Below, piece after piece: positions 13,987 through 29,119 of a stretch of DNA of 64,000 nucleotides. The notes under the pieces were generated by a model. The model was given only the letters and a program-made list of their open reading frames with translations. It was not told the origin of the DNA and made no database searches. The stretch lies in NCBI RefSeq assembly GCF_009914755.1, contig NC_060927.1; one strand, written 5' to 3'. The position numbers and the translations under genes were made by a program. The number at the start of each line of letters is the position of its first letter. Within the stretch, counting starts at the first letter, position 1. Source of the stretch: the human T2T-CHM13v2.0 reference genome, Homo sapiens.

Positions 13987-14254
13987 CCTAGTGAGTGATT
14001 TTTAGAGTAATATTGTGATTATTTTACTCTATTTCATGTTTTTATTGTATTTTTAAATAGTATGAAGTATTCAAAATATACCAAGTCTGAAACCTAAAAC
14101 ATACACATTGTTTTCCCCAGAAACAATCACTATTACTAGTTTCTTGTGTGTGTGTATGTGTTTTCCCACAAATAATTGTACAAACGTAAATGCTAGGGAC
14201 TATAACATACTCACTGTTTGGCACTTTCACTTTCCCATGAAATAATATTTCTTG

Positions 14255-14715
14255 TGATGTGGGGGATCAGTCAGAGTGGTGGGAAAAACTACAGGGAAAG
14301 GATGCAAACCTTCGGAAAGGTCAGAAAGTTTTGCAGAGCCCTGGGGGAGAATAGCTGAAGGCAACTGTTCTATAACCCTGAGGCAGAGGGCAAGGAGTGG
14401 GTACAAGGGAGTATAGGGAAATTTATCTTAAACAGGTTTGTTTACTTACATTGACCAAGAGCTGACCTTTGATCATCCACGCCCATGCACGAGACATTCC
14501 CTGAAGGGGAACAATAAATGTTAATTACCTACAGGTTGTGTTTGCTCCAGGTTTTCAGCATTGTGCCTGCACTGAATAAAAGCAAGCAGCTCCAGCTTCT
14601 TGGAGCTGGTTTCTGGCCACTAGAGCCCGGCAGTCACCTAGCTCTCTTACACTGCATACCTGTGTCTGAGTACTCATTTAATCCATTGGCCAGGGTTTGT
14701 GGGACACACCTGGCA
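14255..14715 (+). mobile_element. LTR22 (HERV-K HML-5) solo LTR
   Basis: TGATGTGGGGGATCAGTCAGAGTGGTGGGAAAAACT...cactgaataaaagcaagcagctccagc...cctggCA, flanked by cttg(tg) direct repeat, within decayed L1M sequence. Confidence 0.8.
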
Positions 14716-16100
14716 CTTGTGTATGGAATAGCTTTATTCACTTTATTGGTTGTATAATATTTCAGTATATGGATGTACCAGAACTTATTTAGCGAGTCCC
14801 ATAATGCTAAAATTTTCTTGTTTACAAACTCTAGCTCTTCCTAAAATGTAGCATTTAATATTGTCCAAATGATATTTTGTACATGTGTGAAAGAATGCTT
14901 GAGGAATAAATTCCTAGAAGTGGAATTGGTATGTCAAAGTGCACATGCTTTTAAAATGTTGAATAACTAGTTCTTAGCAGATCTTAGGTGAGAAGTCAGA
15001 TATCAAGATTTCTTCCACAGTGCTATTACAGGCTCAAAAAATTGAGTCTTCCCTAAAGAAACTGGAATTTTGCCTGGCATAGAAATCAAGGCTAGGATTT
15101 CCCTGAGAGTGGAAAAAGTCCCTCTTAAACTCATCTCCTCTTGCGATCCTCTAAATAGTTCAGCGGGATGAGAAAAGCGGCAAAAACCCTACCCAGCAGG
15201 CAGCAGGTTAAGGCTGGCTTGTGTGGGGACGACCGGAGAAGGTCTAGTTACTTTCAGGTACCAGAACTTAGGAACCTGAGAAACGAACTGGCTTTTCTAT
15301 GTAGATGAGTCTTTTGTGTCTCACAGAAGGACCAGGTTTTACTATTCAAAGGAGAATGAAGAACCACGAGAACCAAAACTGATTAATTAAGGGTTTTCTC
15401 TGACTTAAGAATGAGCTATGAGTTTTATTTTTATCTTTCCCTCATCCTCTTCTCCCAAGTAGCTCTCTGTATTTCAGTTCTAAAGTGTGACTACTTGGTT
15501 GAATTTTTTCTGATAGGATCAGAGCCATCTGTTTATCAATGTGTTTGCTTCAGGAGACTACTCTTTGTACATGTTATTCCTTAACAGAAGCAGAGATATT
15601 TCACTTTTGCTCTGTCGCAGCTTCTGCTATCGGATTGACATGCTTTCTGCCAACTGCCAGAACATGTTTTTCTTTGTCCCTTTTCTTCTTCTTTGTTTTT
15701 CCCCTAGCAGTGCAGCAATAATCTTAATGCGCTGCTGTGTTTGAATAATCAATTTAGGGTGACTCTTAAAATAAAATAGCACACTATAAAACTACTCCAT
15801 TGGTGAGTGCCCTCCAAATGGTAGATGCCAAGGAGATGGTGTTCTTTTAAAGGGACAAGAGAGCCTGCGGCAATATGACTGTATTATGCCATCATCCGCA
15901 AACACAGTTTGTTTTTTACCTTCCTGTTGGTTTCTGCTTGCTGAGATACCTGATTCGGGGTGGCCACTGAAGAGAGTGTAAACCTATTATCCAGTGTGCA
16001 GTTCCCTGTTATCCCAGCACTGCCTCACCAGAAGGAACTGGAGAAACAATTCTATAGGGAATCTCCAAGTTTTTGTATGCCCTTAGGCAGAACACCAAAG

Positions 16101-16414
16101 TTTTTTTGTTGTTGTTGTTTTGTTTTTTTTTTGAGACAAGGTCTCACTCTCACATCCAGGCTGGAATGCAGTGGTATGGTCATACCCCACTGCAACCTCC
16201 ACCTCTCAAACAGTGCTCCCACTTCAGCCTCCTGAGTAGCTGGGACTATAGACATGTGCCACTACACTTGGCTGATTTTTATTTTTGTATTTTTTGTAGA
16301 GATGGGGTCTCACTATGTTGCCCAGGCTGGTCTCAAACTCCTGGGCTCAAGCAATCCACCCGCCTCAGCCTCCCAAAGTGCTGGGGTTACAGGCATGAGC
16401 CACTGTGTCCAGCC
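16101..16414 (-). mobile_element. AluJ (Jo-like)
   Basis: poly-T, gagacaaggtctcactct...gtctcactatgttgcccaggctggtctcaaactcctgggctcaagcaatcc. Confidence 0.93.
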
Positions 16415-17015
16415 CAGAAGTATCTTTATGTTAATATAGATCTAGGAGAAACAGCAACATTCATCCCTTATTGGTTCTAATTAAGAAATCAAGTAAGAAT
16501 TAAGCAAAATGGAAATAGATTATATTTTCACCATCTCCAAATCATTTTTTAGTTCCTCTTTCACCTAAACCTTGACCAAGTCACTCCCTGACTTGTCAGT
16601 CTTTGACTTTGACAGTCACGCAGTCTGCTTTCTAATGGTTCCCCAGATTTTAGACTTTTTTCTACTTCTCCCTTCAACAATTTTGTTTTCTTTTTCTTCT
16701 TTTACTTTTTGTTCATTCACAATCCTTCATTTCTGCCAAGTGACAATTGTTGCATATAAGAGCTCCCTGGATAAAATGTTTGAAACATTATATGGTCAAG
16801 GGAACAATATGGCAATATATTCAGAGAAACAGTATAGGTCCTGGGAAGAGGGAGGGGTTTTGGTCTTCTATAAATCATGTCATATTGTAACTGAAACCCT
16901 GGTTCAGTAACTCGCCGCTTACGGAGTTCAATTAACAAGAGCAAGGTCTGCTATACAGAAAATGACTTTTTATTCCAAAGCTAGCTCAGGAGAAGTACAG
17001 GTTTCCTGCCTTTAA

Positions 17016-17356
<341 letters not shown>

Positions 17357-17731
17357 GAAAGTGAGCAATTTTAAAGGGTGCCTAACATGAACTGCCCATG
17401 GTGGGAGGGGGAGTGAGCAGATGAGGGGTCCACATGTTAGCTTGGTGCCCTATCTACCCAGCTGGTTCTGCTGACACTTTCTTCTTCTTCTTGGGCAGGT
17501 AGACTTTGGGTTGTAAATAGACTGTTATCTCTTCAGGAAACCTCCTGCTGGCTGAGAGTTCCTTTCTGTGGCTCCTAAGCACAGAGTTAGAACTTGACCT
17601 GTAGGGAATGCCTGGTGAAGGGGAGGTGAAAGGCTATATTTGCATTTCTAAAGGGCTAAATAGGAAGTGGGGAAAAGGAGGAAAAAGATAGAGAGAAAAT
17701 AAACTATCTGTTAGAAAAATGGGGGTAGTCC

Positions 17732-18501
17732 TGATGACTAAGCTCTGATTTTTTCTTATCTTGCCCACATTCCTATCTAAGGGGTCTGGGAAGTCATGCC
17801 TTACAAACCATAAATTCTCATCAGATGGTTTTATTTAACCATATATATCATGACTGACTTTCCAATCTGCCTCTGGCATAACATGTGACAAAGGAGAAAA
17901 TCAAAATATTTTACCCCCAAACATGTTTCTTTGCCATATTTTGAAATGGCCTTTGCAAAGCTGTCCTTTGTGGAGGAAAATTTGCATCTGTAAAGAATCT
18001 CTATTAACATAGCTAGATCTTTTTCTTCCTGGCCCTCCCAATCCTGAAGAGATTAGCTGAGAGTCTTGAACCTTTTAAAGGTCTGAATAGGAAACGTTTG
18101 TCATCTATTGTCTCTAACAGCAGCCACTATGAGACTTCAAAAGAACCCTGGTTTCCACAATCTTTCATCTTAACCTAAACATTTCCTTTCCATTGATCTC
18201 AGGTCTTTAGACAAACTCAACCAATTGTCAACCAGAAAATGTTTAAATTTACCTATAGCCTGGAAGCCCCCCACTTCGAATTGTCCCGCCTTTCTGGACC
18301 AAACCAATGTATTTCTCAAATGTATTTGATTGATGTCTCATGCCTCCCTAACATGTATAAAACCAAGCTGCGCCCTGACCACCTTGGGCACATGTTCTCA
18401 GGACTTCCTGAGGGCTGTGTCACGGGTGATGGTCACTCATATTTGGCTCAGAATAAATCTCTTCAAATATTTTTCAGAGTTTGACTCTTTTCTCGTCAAC
18501 A
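17732..18501 (+). mobile_element. MER4E-like ERV1 solo LTR
   Basis: TGA(T)GACTAAGCTCTGATTTTTT...acctatagcctggaagcccc...cagaataaatctcttcaaatattt...tcgtcaaCA. Confidence 0.8.
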
Positions 18502-18878
18502 CTCTCAGTTACAATATATGTTTTTGCCCACTCTTTGAATTTACAAAATTGACGCTAGGTTCTTGAAGACTTTCTCTCAAAAAAGATTGGATAGTTAGAA
18601 ACTGTTAGAATAGATCATTTTTTTCCTCTCACATTCTGGCCCATGTTCTACCATGTTATGAATTAGTAGAAACACACAGGCATCCAGAGAAGTACTAGGC
18701 AATCATAGGCTTGCCAAGTTTGAAATTAACTGGTTAGTGTCTCTTTTATTATACAGAATAATTTTCTGAATGTTAACCTGCAGTCTCTCAACTCTAAATT
18801 TCATCAGTATGCAAGACTTTGCATTGAATAAATCCACAAGTAAAGTTTTAAAGAAGAAATCAGATAGAGCTTATGTAT

Positions 18879-19614
18879 TGTGAAAAGAAAATAAATTTTG
18901 GGACCCCATAATCACTGAGCCAAAGGGAAAAGTCAAGCTAGGAACTGCATCAGGTAAACCTGCCTCCCATTTTATTCCTTAATAAGATAGCTCCAAAGAT
19001 TAAAAAAAAAAAAAAAAAAAAGCTGCATACCTCTCTCACAATTTGCCTACAAGAAAATTCCTTGTGGGCCTCAAAATCTTTACCCTAAAACAGTTCTGTT
19101 GAATTTTATACTGACAATATAAATTAATAGCTTATCTTCACAGGGGTGGGACAAAGGACTGACAGAACTAAAAGTAATCCCTCTGCTCACCTGAGGCAAA
19201 TGCATATCTGGTTCCTTCCTCTGCCCTATTATTTATGTAAAAATGCAGATTCACTGAGCTAGACTAGGGCATAAATACCTATTCCTCTACCCACAGCCCT
19301 ACATGTAAAATGTGAATTCAGTGAAAGGCTGATCAAAAACCTAAAATAATGCAAACTCTTGTTTCTTATCTACCTATGACCTGGAAGCCCCCACTTTGAG
19401 TTGTGCTGCCTTTTTGGACCAAACCAATATACATCTTACACATTGATTGATGTCTCATGTCTCCCTAAAATGTGTAAAACCAAGGTGTGCCCTGAGCACC
19501 TTGGGCACATGTGGTAATCACCTGCTGAGGCAGTGTCATGGGTACATTCTCAACCTTGGCAAAACAGACTTTCTAAATTGATTGAGACCTGTCTTAGATA
19601 CTTTTGGCTTCACA
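18879..19614 (+). mobile_element. MER4A/B-like ERV1 solo LTR
   Basis: TGTGAAAAGAAAATAAATTTTGGGACCCC...agtcaagctaggaactgc...ttcaCA, exact 4-bp TSD GTAT. Confidence 0.85.
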
Positions 19615-19756
19615 GTATGTGACCCTATGTTGATTTACATAGAGCTATGTTTATACTCAATGAGTAAGTGCTCACTATAAATCTTAAAAAAGGTCCTAGA
19701 AGAGAAGAGCATCAATGAATGTGTTCAAAGTTTTCTTCTTAAAAATGTGCCCTCCT

Positions 19757-20442
<686 letters not shown>

Positions 20443-20785
20443 GAATGTGCCCTTCTTTTAGAGGTTGAAAATGCGTTGACTGATATGCTCACACCTTTCT
20501 GCACATGTCTATTTTCTCAACCCACTTTCTATGAATAGTTCTCAATCAGCTATAATTTCCTTGAGAGTAGAAACATGAAAGTTCAACACAAGGAAGGAAA
20601 AACTGAAAATTTCAGTACTAGAGTTAGAGTGATGAAGAAAACTTAAAAACAACCTAGGAAGTTTCAACTAGCTAACGATGGTGGCTCCAATGTCCCTAAT
20701 GGGCTGCATTGAATTCCTATTGTCTTTATTAGGCATGTAGTTGCTTCTCCACTGGACCATAAGTAGAGTCAACTCCATGTGGAGT

Positions 20786-21386
20786 TGAAACAGAAAATTT
20801 TCCCTGACCCCTTAACGGACCTCGCAAAAGGGGTGCCTTGCTTACTCAGCCCGTAGCTCTTAACCCCTTGCGGGAGGAGGAGCACACAGGTGAGCAGGTT
20901 CAGGAGCTGGGACTAGTACTTCTGGGCACCAGCCAAAGCAGAACTCAGCGCAGCCCCATGGCGGCACCTAGGGGTGTACCTGTGACCCCTGGAGCCCCAG
21001 AGGGCATGTATTACAGTGCTCTTTTAGCTTTGCCATCTTTAGAGGGCTTAAGAATTAAACGGCTAAAGCATCTGCACCCGTGGCTCCCAAGCTCTTGTTC
21101 AATGTCCAGGAGAATCAGGTCACATGAACAAATTGAAAGGTAGTGAATATGGAGGATTTTTATTGCCAATGAAAGTGGCTTTCATCAGGAAAGGGAGCCG
21201 AAAAGGGGATAGACTGGGAAGGTTGTCTTCCCCTGGAGTCTGGCCACCCCTGGCAAGGCTCTTCTCCAAAGCCCTGCCATCAAGCTGTCCCTCTGAAGTC
21301 AAGCTGCTTCTCTCAGATGTCTGGCTACTTCTTTTCTCCTCCCCTCTCCTCTCTGTCTAGAATTTCTCTGCCTTTTGTCCCTATCA
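20786..21386 (-). mobile_element. LTR27/LTR28/LTR1-group ERV1 solo LTR, probably internally deleted
   Basis: Minus start TGATAGGGACAAAAGGCAGAGAAATTCTAG, end ggggtcagggaaaattttctgtttCA, exact TSD GAGT. Related to the LTR at 41134. Confidence 0.75.
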
Positions 21387-23249
21387 GAGTGACTTTCAAT
21401 GCTGACTTCCTAAGGGGACTTGTACACTTCTCCTATAGAAAGTATTATGTATGCTCTCATGAGAGATCTAGCAGTTAGCAGTTGGCAAATCAGAAGTTTT
21501 TAGACTGTGCTTTGTTTCCTTTAATAACAGTTAGATGGAAATTGTGGGAAAACAAAGAGCAGAGGGCAGTCCAAGGCTTTTATTCCTTATTAAATGCAAT
21601 GAAAAGCAATATCCAGACATTAGTCCTTCGGCCTCTTGCACTTGGTTTCAAGGGGGGCTCATCAATTCTTATGTGGTCCTGAAGCCCAGGGCTGGCACTT
21701 TCTACCCAGTCATTAGGATTAAATATGGGACTGTGTCCAAAGCACACTATGGAACGCATTTAGCAATTGCAGCAAAGGGAGGGCCTGTTTCCAGCAGAAA
21801 TTGTAGAAGCCACAGTGAAGTAGAATTACAACTTCTTTTTCTGTAATTAAAATATTTTTCCCTAATGTATCAAAAAGCTCAAGCAAATAGTTTTATACTT
21901 TAAGCAGGATATTTGCTAATATTATGTAACATTTTTCAGGAAAGATATGCCACATATATTTCAGGAAATGGCACAATGATAGTGGCATAACTCCATTATG
22001 AATAAGGAAGAAAAGTCTTAATTCTGTATGTTCCTACGAGGGAAAAAAAAAAATTCCCTGGACGTCCAAGTTGACTCAAACCCTTCATAAAGAATTTTCT
22101 CCTCTTCTCACATCTTCCAGGGAAAAAATTAACAAGACTAGATTGGGTTTTGACTCACATATATCATTAGGAGGAATCATAGAAAACAATAACTTAACAG
22201 ATTAATGAAGTACAAATTTCAGATCTATAAAGAATGGTGAAAGTTATCATAATTTTATAATTTCAAAATAGGTTTACTCTTTCTTCTCATATCTAAAATT
22301 TCATTAGAAAATATAGATCCATAAAACAGTTATTTGGAAGCTAAAGGTAATCAGTTAAAATTATCATAATTTTGGCAAACTGGTTTACCCAAAAGCAGAA
22401 CCCTTTGAGGCTAAATGGTTTCAGGACACTCCAGAATTCATCCTAGTGAGGTAGATGTTTAAGAAATAGTGTACGTAGACAGTAAATAATTGGACTGAAT
22501 TGCTTCTAATAATAGTTACTTTATAAACACTTCCTGGTTTTTACTTTTCTTCTGTAACAATGTAGCTACTCTTCATCTACCCCTGGCATGTTGGACCCAA
22601 ACACACAAATAGTAATAAGATGAAGTCTGAAACAACACTTACTTGTGGGCATCTAATTGAATGTAAAATTGAATAAGGGAGTTGATGGGGTTTGTTCTTT
22701 CCAGGATACAAAATATTTTTGAGATGGGGCATATCTAAGGGTTCAAGGACACTAAATATTGGCAGCTGATATAAAACAGTTATTGCCATATTCAGTGCAA
22801 AAGTGTAGTCCTTATTCTTTCACTATGATTCGTGCCTCTTTACATTTGGATTTTTTGCCATTTCTGAGTCTAAGAAACTGGGGTGGTAATAGGATATGTT
22901 TTTCCCTGCTCACTGGCCCTCACATTTTTGGGGGCCATTAGGAAACCCAGAGTTATGTCAACCCGATGGGCTCAGAATCCAGCTACTTTTTTCCATTATA
23001 GAATTCTGTCCCTTCCTGCTGTCTTCCTTCAGCCGACCCTCCACTCTATTCAGAGTCCACAAACTCTCTATCTTTTATGTTTTTAAATGCCAAAGCTCTG
23101 TTACTCATCTTTTTCTCAAGCAATTTAGTTGGATTGTCACTGATGGAGGCCTCCATCTTTGATATATTACAGCCCTTGTTTATAGAATGTCTTGAGATGG
23201 GGTTGTGAGGGCTCATAATCTTTGTAAGTTCCTTTTTTTCTTTTTATTT

Positions 23250-24232
<983 letters not shown>

Positions 24233-25848
24233 AGTTTGGGTGATGCATCCAAGGGGAGTGTCCTGTGATATGAGGACACAATTACCATCTGTGAAGAGAG
24301 GACAGAGGAGGAAAAAGTACAAAGAAGGCATTTTGTTTTTTTTCTTTCAAAGGAATCCCAGTGATTCAAGAGTCATTCCAGAGAAATACAGACTGAAGAT
24401 GACTGGTTACCCTTCTAGAAAGAGGGGAACAAGGCCTCCCTAGTTCCTTTTGCTTCCCAGTGAATACACGAGGTACGTGAGGGAGAGAAGAAGAGGTGTC
24501 CACCTTCCTTCCTCAATCCTTATATCTCCGATTCCCAGAGACCTTGGTGGGGTACCACCTGTGGGTGCCAATGCAGATTTTCACCCATGTTAACAGGGAG
24601 GCCTTAAGGGTGGGAACAATCTGCATTTATCCATGTGCTGCCTCCTCCCTGCTGTTGGCAACCTTTGAGTTCCCTAGACCTTGTCTATACCATGGATACT
24701 TGCATGACCTCTATCTATGAAACTGGGGTGGAGGGCGGTGGTGGCTAATCAGCAGGAATTAGTCATGCTTACGCGCGCTGTGCTCCGTTGTTGCCTGCCT
24801 CCATATCCCTTAGATCCAGTTTTCCCTCCTAGGGCTTCAACCCGAAGCCTGGAATTGAGTTTGTGACAAAAAAATGTGCTTCAGGAGAGTTCATGGAGTC
24901 CTTAAGTCCCAGGTGGCCCCCCTCATACAAAGGAGAGAAAAGGGAGTTCTGTGAATTGGGGTCCTGGCCTTGCAAGACACTTTCCAAAAGGAAAAAAAAA
25001 AAAAAAAAAAAAAAAAACCTCTCACATAGAAAACTCCCTGTATTCGCAGGTCTGTGTTAACAGAGAAATGGAAAATAAATAACAGAGAAATAAATAACAG
25101 AGAAAAGGAAAATAAAACAGCTTATGTGTGGGGCAGAAACGGCGCCTGGGAAAAAAACCTCTAGCTCTATGCAAATAAATTCCTCAAATAAGGAGAGAAA
25201 CTCTTAATCTTTGTACTCTCCTTTTGGCTCGGCCAGGGGAAGAAAGACTCTGTGGGCATGTGGTGGGAGGGGATGACAAGTGGGAAACACTGGCCAGCCA
25301 GCCTCATGGGGCCCTTGGCCCTGGAGACCGCCCAGGGCCTGGGTGGCTACTGAGGCTCATTCCTGTGCTGTGTGGCCGTTGGGTGCTGCATGCACATGAG
25401 GCAGACATGGCCATGCGCCTCAGCCTGGAGTGGAGGGGAACATGCTTAAGAACACACGGAAATTGCGTTGTTCTAAATTGCATGTCTGTCTGATGGCTGG
25501 GCCAAAGACCCTTTCTATCTCGTAATATCTCTACAGTTTGCAATAACACCCCCAATATTGTAAAAGAAAAGATAGGTGCTGTAACAGCCCCAAAAGGAAG
25601 AAGAAAAATGCCATAGAAAAGACTGGATTGGAATGAGGCCCATATTCTCAACCTCTGAGTGTGACGGGGGTGGATGGCAGCTTCTGCAGCCATGCCCTTC
25701 ATTCTTAATTGGCTAACAGAAGCCCGGTGCTACATCTGTTTAGAGAAGAAGTCTGAGGATGAGAAGGCTCAGCAACGAAAGTGAAAGAGATTTTTTGGGG
25801 TCCACCTTTTACTCACCTTTCCTCAGGATCCCCATACAGCCACCAAAA
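24233..25848 (-). mobile_element. ERV1 internal remnant: 5' leader plus first codons of gag
   Basis: Follows the LTR and PBS on the minus strand. Restoring one G after the ATG at 24288 gives MGNCVLISQDTPLGCI, resembling gamma-like HERV Gag N-termini. Confidence 0.7.
25828..25845 (-). promoter_or_regulatory. Retroviral primer-binding site, tRNA-Ile type
   Basis: Plus strand ATCCCCATACAGCCACCA versus tRNA-Ile(AAT) 3' end ATCCCCGTACGGGCCACCA (two CpG-type transitions, one deletion), 3 nt from the LTR end. Confidence 0.7.
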
Positions 25849-26280
25849 TGATGCAGAACTTTTGCTCCTTTAGCACAGCTAGGTCTGGGTTCTTGTCTCA
25901 TGACCAGGAAAAATTAGGTGCACGGCCCCCAGAGAGTGAGTGGAGTAAAATTTATCATGCAAAAGGAATGCTCTCGGCAAAGAGAGGGGTCCTGAAAGCC
26001 AGTTACCCACTTCACAGTTGAATATCCGGGCTTAAGGTGTGAATTCCTGGTGGCTCCACCCAACCCTTTCAATGTGCCTGCCAGCCCATACACTGAGATG
26101 CTCCATATTGATTTATTTCCCTTACTGTGCATGAATTAAGGAACGGAATTTTCCACTGTGGGCATGTTTAGGCAAGTCCCCTGTGCAAGTTCCCTTATAC
26201 ACAAAATGTCTGGTTTAAACATTTGTGGGGTGGGGGGACCCTGCCCTTAGTGTCTGCCTAAACCAAGCTGGCTCTTTTCA
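25849..26280 (-). mobile_element. MER61/MER83-like ERV1 5' LTR
   Basis: tgatgcag..ttttgctcctttagcacagctaggtctgggttcttgtctcatgaccagg...ttttCA, TG/CA termini, adjacent PBS. Confidence 0.75.
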
Positions 26281-26393
26281 ATATGACATCTCATCATGGT
26301 TTTGATTTGCATTTTCCCATGATTAGTGATGTTGAGCATCTTTTAATACACTGCTGGCCATTTGTATGCACTCTTTGGAGAAATGTCTATTCA
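26281..26393 (-). mobile_element. L1M fragment (continuation of the host L1)
   Basis: tggttttgatttgcatttt...gatgttgagcatctttt...ggagaaatgtctattca. Confidence 0.8.
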
Positions 26394-27999
26394 CATAAAT
26401 TCGTTTTTTCTTTTGTCTAAACCTTAGGCAGAAGAGCCTTTCCTAGAAAATGTCCTGGGCCATTATCTTCAAGGGGCTTCAGAACTTCTAAGAAGTGTAG
26501 GTATCCTTTTGCAAGGGAAAATGTATATGCCTTAACGTGGGTGATTTTTGTGGCACCTTTCTCAATGAAGAAAAGGTGTCTTTTTCTCCAAACTAATTTG
26601 CTAATTAACCTATCAGTCACTATTTACACATGAAACAGAATTCACTCCAGATTGTTCAAATGGAAAACATTAATAAAAGGACTACTTTAAAAAGTTTGTG
26701 CTGAGATTTAAAAATAAAAATTAAAAAGGCAGTGATGAGACTAGCCACAGTAGAAAGGTGTTATCACCATGAGGGTTGAAGAAATAAAGGCAGAAGACAG
26801 TAATATCAGAGCAAGAGCTGGAGCCATGGAGAAAATGTCTAGTGGGCTGCAGTCATGAAGGGATGCAGCTGCTATCAGAGGCACTTTAAAAAGTGAGGGA
26901 CAAACACCCAAACCACCTCCTTTTGCCATCCTGTCTCCTGCCACTGTCTCTCATTGATGAAATTCAAACTGATGCCAGCTATCGAGGGGGTCTGTTAATT
27001 GCATCAATCTAGTGTGCAAAGCAAGACAGAGAAGAATAGAAAATTAACCTAAGTAGTCAACAGGCAACAGCTAGAAAAGAACCAGCACAACTAGATAACT
27101 CAACAGCAACAAAATTTAACAGTGTCAGGATATTCTGCTATAGTTCTTTCCTGTCTGGTATAAAGTTAATTGTTTTTTGCTTTTGTTTTTAAATTTTAAT
27201 GTATTTAAGTCAACAAAGTCAATCAATTATATATTTGATAAGTACTTTTTATGTGCAAAGCTCAGTACTAAGTATTAAAAGATAGTGTTTCTAGTGTTAC
27301 GTGACTATAAGGGAAGAATATATAATTTTTCCAAAATGTTGACTATTTTATGTTCCTTGAAATGATAACAAGTTCTATGGAAGTTCAAATAACAGTAAAA
27401 ATTGCATCAGCTTGATAGGGATTAAAATAATTTTAATGGATAACTAGGAGTTCGAAAATACTTTGATCTGTGGGCAAGGTTCTGACAACAGGATATGGAT
27501 TAACAGGAAGAGCATCCCCACTGGAGGTCAAAGCAAGGCAGAAGTATGTAAGATACGTTTGAGAAATAGTAAACAATCTCTAGTAGAGATAGAAAAATGA
27601 GCAGGAGATAGGCTTGGGAGGCAAGTTCTGATTAGATCATGGAAAGTAAAGAAATGTAATCTGTTTTCATTTGAGGAGTCTTCAGTTTACACCGTGCTAC
27701 CAAAAAAAAAAAAAAAAAATCAGGCACATCACAATCTATACCAATTTCAGGAAGCAAGAGTCATGAGCGGAAATAGAGAAGGCAGAATTTGGCTAATGGA
27801 AAGAAACATTTTTCTAACTGGCCCTCCAAATGCAATAAATACTTTGAAAATAGTAAATATGCCAACCATAAATAAAAAGTGATGCAGAGATCCTTTCTTA
27901 CCTCCAAAAATTGAAGAGATGACCTTTAGCATTCCTTCCAACTTTGAAATTCTATGTCACAGAACAAGATACCAATTATGGTAAGAAAATTTTAGTTTC

Positions 28000-28251
28000 C
28001 AAACACTGCATGTTCTCACTCATAGGTGGGAATTGAACAATGAGAACACCTGGACACAGGGCAGGGAACATCACACACCGGGGCCTGTCGTGGGATCGGT
28101 GGGAGGGCGGAGGGATAGCATTAGGAGAAATATCTAATGTAAATGACGAGTTAATGGGTGCAGCAAACCAACATGGCACATGTATACATATGTAACAAAC
28201 CTGCATGTTGTGCACATGTACCCTAGAACTTACTATAATAAAAAAAAAAAA
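28000..28251 (+). mobile_element. Short 5'-truncated L1PA (about PA4-PA6) 3'UTR
   Basis: catgttctcactcataggtgggaattgaacaatgagaac...ccctagaactta plus poly-A. Exact 17-bp TSD aagaaaattttagtttc. Confidence 0.95.
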
Positions 28252-28390
28252 AAGAAAATTTTAGTTTCTAAATGCTTTTACAGCTCTTATGAAGGAATAA
28301 TAAATCAAAGGAAAGAGGCATGAAGCAATGTTTTCTTCCTTCCTTCCTCCTTTCCTCCCTTCCTCTGTTTCTCCCTTCCTCCAGTCTTCA

Positions 28391-29113
28391 TGTAACTGCC
28401 CCATGAGTTCACCTTGCCTGATGCCTAGACACAGCCAATTTATCCAGACAGGAGAATTGCAATAGAGAAAGAGTTTAATTTACTCAGAGCTGGCTGTATG
28501 GGAGACCAGACTTTTATTATTATTCAAATCTAAAATTGGGGGATTGGGTTTTTTAAGGACAATTTGGTGGCTAGGGGCCAGTGAGTCAGAAGTGCTGATT
28601 GGTCGGGTTGAAGGTGCAATTATAGAGAGTACAAGCTGTCCTCTTGCACTGAGTCAGTTCCTGGGTGGGGTCCACGAGACCAAATGAGCCAGTTTATCAA
28701 TCTGGATGGTGCCAGCTGATCCATCAAGTGCAGGGTCTGCAAAATATCCCTAACACTGATCTTAGGTTTTATAGTAGTGATGTTATCCCCAGGAGCAATT
28801 TGGGGAGGGTCAAAATCTTGTAGCCTTCAGCTGCATGACTACTAAACCATAGTTTCTAATCTTGTGTTTAGTTTGTTAGTCCTAAAAAGGCAGTGGGGCA
28901 GCTTCCCCAGGCAGGAAGCAGGTTTGCTTTGGGAAAGGGCTGTTATCATCTTTGTTTCAAAGTTAAACTATAATCAAAGTTCCTCCTAAAGTTAGTTCAG
29001 CCCAGGAATGAACAAAGACAACTTGGAGGTTAGAAGCAAGATGGAGTTGGTTAGGTCAGATCTCTTTGACTCTAATAATTTTCTCAGTTATAATTTTTGC
29101 AAAGGCGGTTTCA
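28391..29113 (-). mobile_element. LTR8-family ERV1 solo LTR
   Basis: Minus start TGAAACCGCCTTTGCAAAAATTATAACTGAG...CTCCATCTTGCTTCTAACCTCCAAG, end gcagttaCA. Confidence 0.85.
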
Positions 29114-29119
29114 CATCAA

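Noticed and set aside
15120-15300. Slight CpG enrichment as a promoter or CpG island
   Set aside because: Only a handful of CpGs, too short and sparse to support a call
16073-16480. Alu-derived ORFs (also 23654, 37792, 53475)
   Set aside because: Standard antisense Alu translations, not genes
21500-21850. Unique sequence that might be a conserved enhancer (similarly about 6000-6400)
   Set aside because: Cannot be supported without conservation or chromatin data
25058-25120. Short interspersed repeats (aacagagaaa..aaataaat x3) as a CRISPR-like array
   Set aside because: Slippage repeat within the ERV leader. No unique spacers, eukaryotic context.
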